DNA of 24,655 nt from Candidatus Rokuibacteriota bacterium (GTDB lineage: Bacteria; Methylomirabilota; Methylomirabilia; Rokubacteriales; CSP1-6). Below the pieces are notes generated by a model. The model searched no databases, was not told where the DNA came from, and saw only the letters and a program-made list of their open reading frames with translations. Shown in pieces: positions 19,788-24,655 of the stretch. Where the stretch lies: NCBI GenBank assembly GCA_016184305.1, contig JACPCX010000150.1:1-24655 (forward strand), read 5' to 3'. Positions within the stretch are counted from its first letter, which is position 1; every line of letters starts with the position of its first letter. A program made the position numbers and the translations under genes.

Positions 19788-20690
19788 GTGAGAACCTACC
19801 TCGTTCAGCGACTGGCCATCGCCGTCCTCACGCTGTTCGGCATGTCCGTCGTGATCTTCGCTCTCCTGCGGCTGGCTCCCGGCGACATCGTGGACATCCT
19901 CTTCTCGACCGCGGGCTTCGTGGACCCGGCCGCCCGCACGGAGATCATGCGGGAGCTGGGGCTGGACAAGCCGATCTGGATCCAGTACCTCGACTGGCTC
20001 CGGCAGATCTTCTCGGGCGACCTCGGCAAGTCCTACCGCTATGATCTCCCGGCATGGGAGATCATCCGGCCGCTCCTCCCCGTCACCGTGGAGCTGGCCG
20101 CGCTGTCCATGATCGTGGCGGTGGTGCTCGGCGTGCCGACCGGCGTGATCAGCGCCGTCAGGCAGGACAGCACCCTCGATTACGTCCTCCGGGTGCTCAG
20201 CCTGGCCGGGCTCAGCATGCCGTCGTTCTGGCTCGGCATGGTGATCATCCTCGGGCTGGTCGCCTGGCTCGGGTGGATCCCGCCCGTGACCTACGTGTCC
20301 CCGGCTGAGAACTTCCAGCTCCACGCCGCCCAGTTCTCCCTGCCGGCGCTGGCCGTCGGCTACCGCTCCTCCGCGCTCATCATGCGGATCACGCGCTCCT
20401 CGCTCCTGGAGGTGCTGCGGGAGGACTACGTGCGCACCGCGTGGGCCAAGGGGCAGACCGGGCGGGTCGTGATCTGGCGGCACGCGCTGAAGAACGCCAT
20501 GCTGCCGGTCGTCACCGTGATCGGCATCGAGTTCGCCTTCCTCATCGGCGGCCTCGTGGTGACCGAGCAGGTGTTCAACCTGCCCGGGCTGGCCCGCTTC
20601 CTCGTGCAGGCCATCCTCTGGCGCGATTACCCCATCGTCCAGAACCTGGTGATGCTCATCGCCATCGTCGTCATCCTCTCGAACCTCGCC
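19788..20690 (+). pseudogene. DppB-like ABC permease lacking its last codons and stop
   Basis: GTG start; RLAPGD, GDLGKSY, EDYVRTAWAKG, RHALKNA, RDYPIVQ. Homology stops at ILSNLA without the usual VDxxYxxLDPRI end; the frame reads on to 21563. Confidence 0.8.
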
Positions 20691-21483
20691 CGCCGGCGGG
20701 CTCGTCATGCTGCTCATCCTGGTCACGGCGATCTTCGCCGAGGTGCTGGCCACCCACGATCCCATCATGACGGAGGCGGCGGGGACGCTGGGGCGCCCCA
20801 GCTGGGAGCACTGGCTCGGCTCGGACCACCTGGGACGCGACATCTACTCCCGGATCGTCCACGGCGCCCGCGTGTCGCTCATCGTCGGCGTGGCGTCCAC
20901 GCTGCTCGGCTCCGTGCTGGGCGGCATCGTCGGCCTGCTCTCCGGCTACGTCGGCGGCAAGACGGACCTCATCGTCCAGCGGGTGCTGGACATCCTGCAG
21001 GGTCTGCCGCTCCTGGTGCTCGCGCTGGTCATCTCGGCGGTGCTGAGTCCGTCGATCCAGAACGTGGTCATCGCGATCTCGGTCCCGATCATCCCGCGGG
21101 CCGCCCGCGTCATCCGCTCGAGCGTGCTCTCCATCCGGGAGATGCAGTACGTGGAGGCGGCGCGGGCCCTGGGGATCGCACATCTCCGGATCGCCTTCCG
21201 CCACATCCTGCCCAACACCATGGGACCGTTCATCGTGCTCGGCACGGCCCAGCTCGGCAGCGCGATCCTCGTGGAGGCCACGCTCTCCTTCCTCGGGCTC
21301 GGCGTGCCCGAGCCCTACCCGTCGTGGGGGCGCATGCTCTCGGTCTCGGCCGCCGAGTACGCCCAGAAGGCGCCCCACCTGGTCCTTTTCCCGGGCCTCG
21401 CCATCAGCTTGGCCGTGTTCGGCTCCAACCTGCTCGGGGATGCGCTCAGGGACACGCTCGACCCGCGCCTGCGCGGTGCCTGA
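20691..21483 (+). pseudogene. DppC-like ABC permease, N-terminus apparently deleted (residual ATG 20707)
   Basis: HWLGSDHLGRDIYSR, YVEAARALG, HILPN, LSFLGLG, GDALRDTLDPR; begins inside the first transmembrane helix with no SD. Confidence 0.78.
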
Positions 21484-21516
21484 GCGCGGCGAGAGTGAAG
21501 GGCCGCGCGCGAGGAC

Positions 21517-21808
21517 CCGGCGGGCGCGGGCGTGGCGACTGCCCGGGTGCCCATCCGGGATGACGGCGCCGGAGATCGCGTGAGATGAGTCGAGGGAGGT
21601 GAACAGCCCGCGGGGATGGGCGGGCGCGGCGGGGGACCGCGACTGACGGCAGGGGAATGACCTAGCAGGCGCACGGATCCGGCGGGCGCGGGCGGGCCTA
21701 CGGCCCGGGTGCCCATCCGGGATGACGGCGCCAGAGATCGCGTGAGGGGAGTCGAGGGGCGTGAACAGCCGGCGGGGATGGGCGGGCGACAGCCCGGGTG
21801 CCCATCCC
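21517..21808. repeat. Intergenic direct repeat: two ~110-bp copies (period 162) plus a partial third, with internal inverted repeats
   Basis: Copies at about 21517-21626 and 21679-21788; GCCCGGGTGCCCATCC at 21541, 21703 and 21792; complementary GGATGGGC at 21614 and 21776. Confidence 0.9.
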
Positions 21809-21825
21809 AGGTGAAGGAGGATCTC

Positions 21826-23241
21826 ATGGCCTTGGATGATCTCTGCTGGATGCCGGCTGCCGAGATGGCGGCCGCGATCAGGCGCAAGAAGCTGTCGCCG
21901 GTGGAGGTGATGCGGGCGGTGCTGGGGCGGATCGAGCGCGTCAACCCACGACTCAACGCCATCGTCACCCTCACGGCCGACCAGGCCATGAAGGACGCCC
22001 GCGCGGCGGAGCGCGCCCTGATGAAGAAGGGAGCGACGCTCGGCGCGCTGCACGGTGTGCCCTTCTCCACCAAGGACCTCGTCGTCACGAAGGGGATCCG
22101 CACGACGTTCGGCACCCGGCTCTATGCCGACAACGTGCCCACCGAGGACGCCCCCACGGTGGAGCGGCTCAAGAGGGCCGGGGCCATCCAGCTCGGCAAG
22201 ACCAACACGCCGGCTTTCGGCTGGATCGGCGCCACCCACAACCTGCTCTTCGGCATCACGCGCAACCCGTGGAATCTCGACCGCACGCCCGGCGGCTCGA
22301 GCGGCGGGGCGAGCGCCGCGGTGGCGGCCGGACTCGGCCCGCTGGCCATCGGCACCGACGGCGGCGGCTCGATCCGCATCCCCGCCTCCTGCGCCGGCAT
22401 CTTCGGCCACAAGCCCTCCTTCGGGCGCATTCCCGTCTACCCGCCGAGCGCCGCGTGGAGCCTCTCGCACATCGGCCCCATGACCCGCACCGTCACCGAC
22501 GCGGCGCTCATGATGAACGCCTGCGCCGGTGCCGACGAGCGGGATCAGTTCTCGCTGCCCGGAGACGGGACCGACTACGTGAAGGCCCTCAAGGGGCCGC
22601 TCACGGGGCTCCGCGTGGCGTGGTCCGCGAACCTGGGCTTCGCCAAGGTCGTGGACCCCGAGGTGCTGGCCGGGTGCGAGAAGGCGGTGAAGCGCTTCCG
22701 CGACTTCGGCTGCCGGCTGGAGACGGTGAACCCCGGCTGGCCGACGCCGAAGGACTGCTGGGAGGCGATCTTCTGCGGCGGCATCGGGACGCGCATGGCG
22801 CCCTACATGGCCGAGCGGCGCGCGGACATCGATCCGGGCCTGGCGGAGATCATCGACGAGACGCTCACCTGGGGACCCACGAAGTACGTCCAGGCCTGGT
22901 TCGACCGCCTGGCCTGGAACGACCATGTGCGGCGCTTCTTCGAGAAGTACGATCTCGTGCTGACACCGACCATCGCCACGCGGCCGTTCAAGGTGGGGGT
23001 GGACAACCCCACCGAGATCGCGGGGACGCGCATCGAGCGCTACGACTGGATCCCGTTCACCTTCCCGTTCAACATGACCGGCAACCCGGGCGCCTCGGTG
23101 CCCTGCGGCTTCACCTCGGACGGCCTGCCGATCGGGCTGCAGATCGTGGGGCGGCGCTTCGCCGACGCCCTGGTCCTGCGGGCCTCGGCGGCCTTCGAGA
23201 CGGCGCAACCCTGGGCCCACGCGAAACCGCCGATCGACTAG
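21826..23241 (+). CDS. Amidase-signature family amidase
   Basis: SD AAGGAGG before ATG 21826; 471 aa; catalytic K (STKDL), PGGSSGG, GTDGGGSIRIPA, GLPIGLQIVG. Confidence 0.93.
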   Translation: MALDDLCWMPAAEMAAAIRRKKLSPVEVMRAVLGRIERVNPRLNAIVTLTADQAMKDARAAERALMKKGATLGALHGVPFSTKDLVVTKGIRTTFGTRLYADNVPTEDAPTVERLKRAGAIQLGKTNTPAFGWIGATHNLLFGITRNPWNLDRTPGGSSGGASAAVAAGLGPLAIGTDGGGSIRIPASCAGIFGHKPSFGRIPVYPPSAAWSLSHIGPMTRTVTDAALMMNACAGADERDQFSLPGDGTDYVKALKGPLTGLRVAWSANLGFAKVVDPEVLAGCEKAVKRFRDFGCRLETVNPGWPTPKDCWEAIFCGGIGTRMAPYMAERRADIDPGLAEIIDETLTWGPTKYVQAWFDRLAWNDHVRRFFEKYDLVLTPTIATRPFKVGVDNPTEIAGTRIERYDWIPFTFPFNMTGNPGASVPCGFTSDGLPIGLQIVGRRFADALVLRASAAFETAQPWAHAKPPID

Positions 23242-23298
23242 CCGGACCTACCTGGACTGATACACGTATCGTCCTGGCGGCGTCTCGAAGAGTGGACA

Positions 23299-23327
23299 TT
23301 GACGGGGCGCGCCGCCTGACCCACGCT
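23299..23327 (+). promoter_or_regulatory. Candidate sigma70 promoter, leaderless
   Basis: TTGACG(23299-23304)-17 bp-CACGCT(23322-23327)-7 nt-ATG 23335. Confidence 0.5.
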
Positions 23328-23334
23328 GCGCGAC

Positions 23335-23877
23335 ATGATCGCGTGGCGCGCGGAGGCCGGGTTCTCCCTCGCGGAATTGCTCGCGAGCACTGCCCTCATG
23401 AGCGTGCTGATGGCGGCCACGCTCACGATTCTCGTGGCGGGGCAGGAGAGCTACGGCCTCGGCGCGGCGCGCATCGACGCCCAGCAGTCGGCGCGGATCG
23501 CCCTCGAGCGCATGACCCGGGAGCTGCGCGAGGCTGGCTATGATCCGACCGGCCTCGGGCTCCCGGCCCTGGTCGTCGCCGGGCCCACCCGGGTCGCCTT
23601 CCAGCGCGACCTCAACGGCAACGGCGTGCTGGATCCCACCCGGGAGCGCGTGACCTATCTCCTGCGCGGCAGGGTGCTCCGCCGGGAGGCGGGCGCCGGG
23701 GCCCAGCCGATCATCGAGGGCGTACGGAGTCTCGCGCTGACCTACTTCGACCGGGCCGGGGCGGAGACGACCGAACCGGCGCGGGTCACCTCGATCCGCA
23801 TTCGTCTCGACGTGGGGCGGGCCGGCCCCGGCGCCCTCATGGAGACCGGGGTCTCACTCAGGAACACCCGGCAGTGA
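23335..23877 (+). CDS. Type IV prepilin/pseudopilin (PilW/GspJ-like minor pilin)
   Basis: Class III signal AG|FSLAE with Glu5, hydrophobic helix, QQSARIALERMTRELREAG typical of PilW-like pilins. Confidence 0.82.
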   Translation: MIAWRAEAGFSLAELLASTALMSVLMAATLTILVAGQESYGLGAARIDAQQSARIALERMTRELREAGYDPTGLGLPALVVAGPTRVAFQRDLNGNGVLDPTRERVTYLLRGRVLRREAGAGAQPIIEGVRSLALTYFDRAGAETTEPARVTSIRIRLDVGRAGPGALMETGVSLRNTRQ

Positions 23878-23908
23878 GCATCGCTCGTCGCGCCGGGGCG
23901 CGCCGATC

Positions 23909-23917
23909 TGGTAAGAT
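23909..23917 (+). promoter_or_regulatory. Extended -10 element, leaderless
   Basis: TGgTAAGAT, then 6 nt, then ATG 23924. Confidence 0.6.
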
Positions 23918-23923
23918 CCCGCC

Positions 23924-24655
23924 ATGCGCAACTTCATGCACTCTCCCGCCCGGGCGCTCCTGCTCCTGGTGGTCGGGCTGGTTGTGGCCTGCCAGACGGT
24001 GCCGATCACCGGACGCTCCCAGCTGCAGATCCTCCCGGAGTCGGAGGAGATGCGCATGGGGGTGCAGTCCTACGCCGACATCCTGAAGAAATCGCGCGTC
24101 TCCACCGATCCGGCGCTCAACGAGCTGGTCACTCGCGTTGGAAGCCGGATCGCCGCGGCGACGGGGCGCGGAGACTACCAGTGGGAGTACAAGGTCATCG
24201 AGGACAAGCAGGCCAATGCCTTCGCGCTGCCGGGAGGCAAGGTTGCCGTCTACACCGGCATCCTCCCCATCACGCGCGACGACGCGGGGCTCGCCGCGGT
24301 GCTCGGCCACGAGGTCGCTCACGTGATCGCGCGCCACGGCGGCGAGCGCGTGAGCCAGCAGCTCGTGGTCCAGATCGGACTGGCCGGCACGATGGCCGCG
24401 TTCTCGAGGCGTGACCCGAAGACGGTCCAGACAGTCGGCGCCCTGCTGGGGGCGGGAGCCTCGGTGGGCCTGCTCCTGCCGTGGGGGCGGTCGCAGGAGT
24501 CCGAGGCCGACCACCTCGGGCTCATCTACATGGCCAAGGCCGGCTACGACCCGCATGGTGCCCGCGATCTCTGGGTCCGCATGGCCGAGGCCTCCAAGAG
24601 GCAGGCCCGTCCCCCCGAGTTCCTCTCGACGCACCCCTCCGAGGCCACGCGCATC
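23924..24655 (+). CDS. M48 family zinc metallopeptidase lipoprotein, partial (runs off the window; absent from the ORF track)
   Basis: MRNFMHSPARALLLLVVGLVVAC (lipobox-like), then ITGRSQL, NAFALPGGK, HEVAH (HExxH), QESEADHLG, FLSTHP. Confidence 0.92.
   Translation, partial: MRNFMHSPARALLLLVVGLVVACQTVPITGRSQLQILPESEEMRMGVQSYADILKKSRVSTDPALNELVTRVGSRIAAATGRGDYQWEYKVIEDKQANAFALPGGKVAVYTGILPITRDDAGLAAVLGHEVAHVIARHGGERVSQQLVVQIGLAGTMAAFSRRDPKTVQTVGALLGAGASVGLLLPWGRSQESEADHLGLIYMAKAGYDPHGARDLWVRMAEASKRQARPPEFLSTHPSEATRI

Noticed and set aside
19788..21563. 591-aa permease with a novel C-terminal domain
   Set aside because: The tail is out-of-frame read-through across dppC caused by the deletion.
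21517..21808. CRISPR array or tandem glycine riboswitch
   Set aside because: The sequence between the 16-mers is itself repeated rather than unique spacers, spacing is irregular (162 and 89) and no cas genes are present. Glycine aptamer core motifs (CCGAAG, CUCUCAGG-like) are absent.
21826..23241. gatA assignment
   Set aside because: No gatB or gatC neighbours; a generic amidase-signature enzyme beside a transporter is more likely.

Overview
High-GC bacterial chromosomal window (about 70% GC by eye). The gene repertoire (multi-GAF kinase, family-5 ABC binding protein, amidase) suggests a Rokubacteria/Methylomirabilota-like genome; that is inference only. In order: 3' end of an ATP-grasp-like gene; MntA/HepT toxin-antitoxin (TA) pair; SDR, RluA-type pseudouridine synthase and ybbP/ybbA-like ABC genes (minus strand), divergent from a tesA-like esterase; a 139-bp element with GGGGTCAG inverted repeats; fused indolepyruvate:ferredoxin oxidoreductase; a 5'-truncated SPFH remnant; an RHH/MazF TA pair coupled to a Cache-HAMP-3xGAF histidine kinase (broken by an internal deletion), a receiver protein and a receiver-nucleotide cyclase with non-canonical specificity residues; a YerA-like adenine deaminase; a Dpp-like ABC importer with dppB/dppC joined by a deletion; a structured ~110-bp tandem repeat; amidase; orphan prepilin; partial M48 peptidase. 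No rRNA, tRNA, CRISPR array or transposase was seen. The best leads are the tandem repeat before the amidase, the TA-kinase-cyclase operon, the modular GAF cassettes and recurrent leaderless promoters. None is demonstrated to be a new system.
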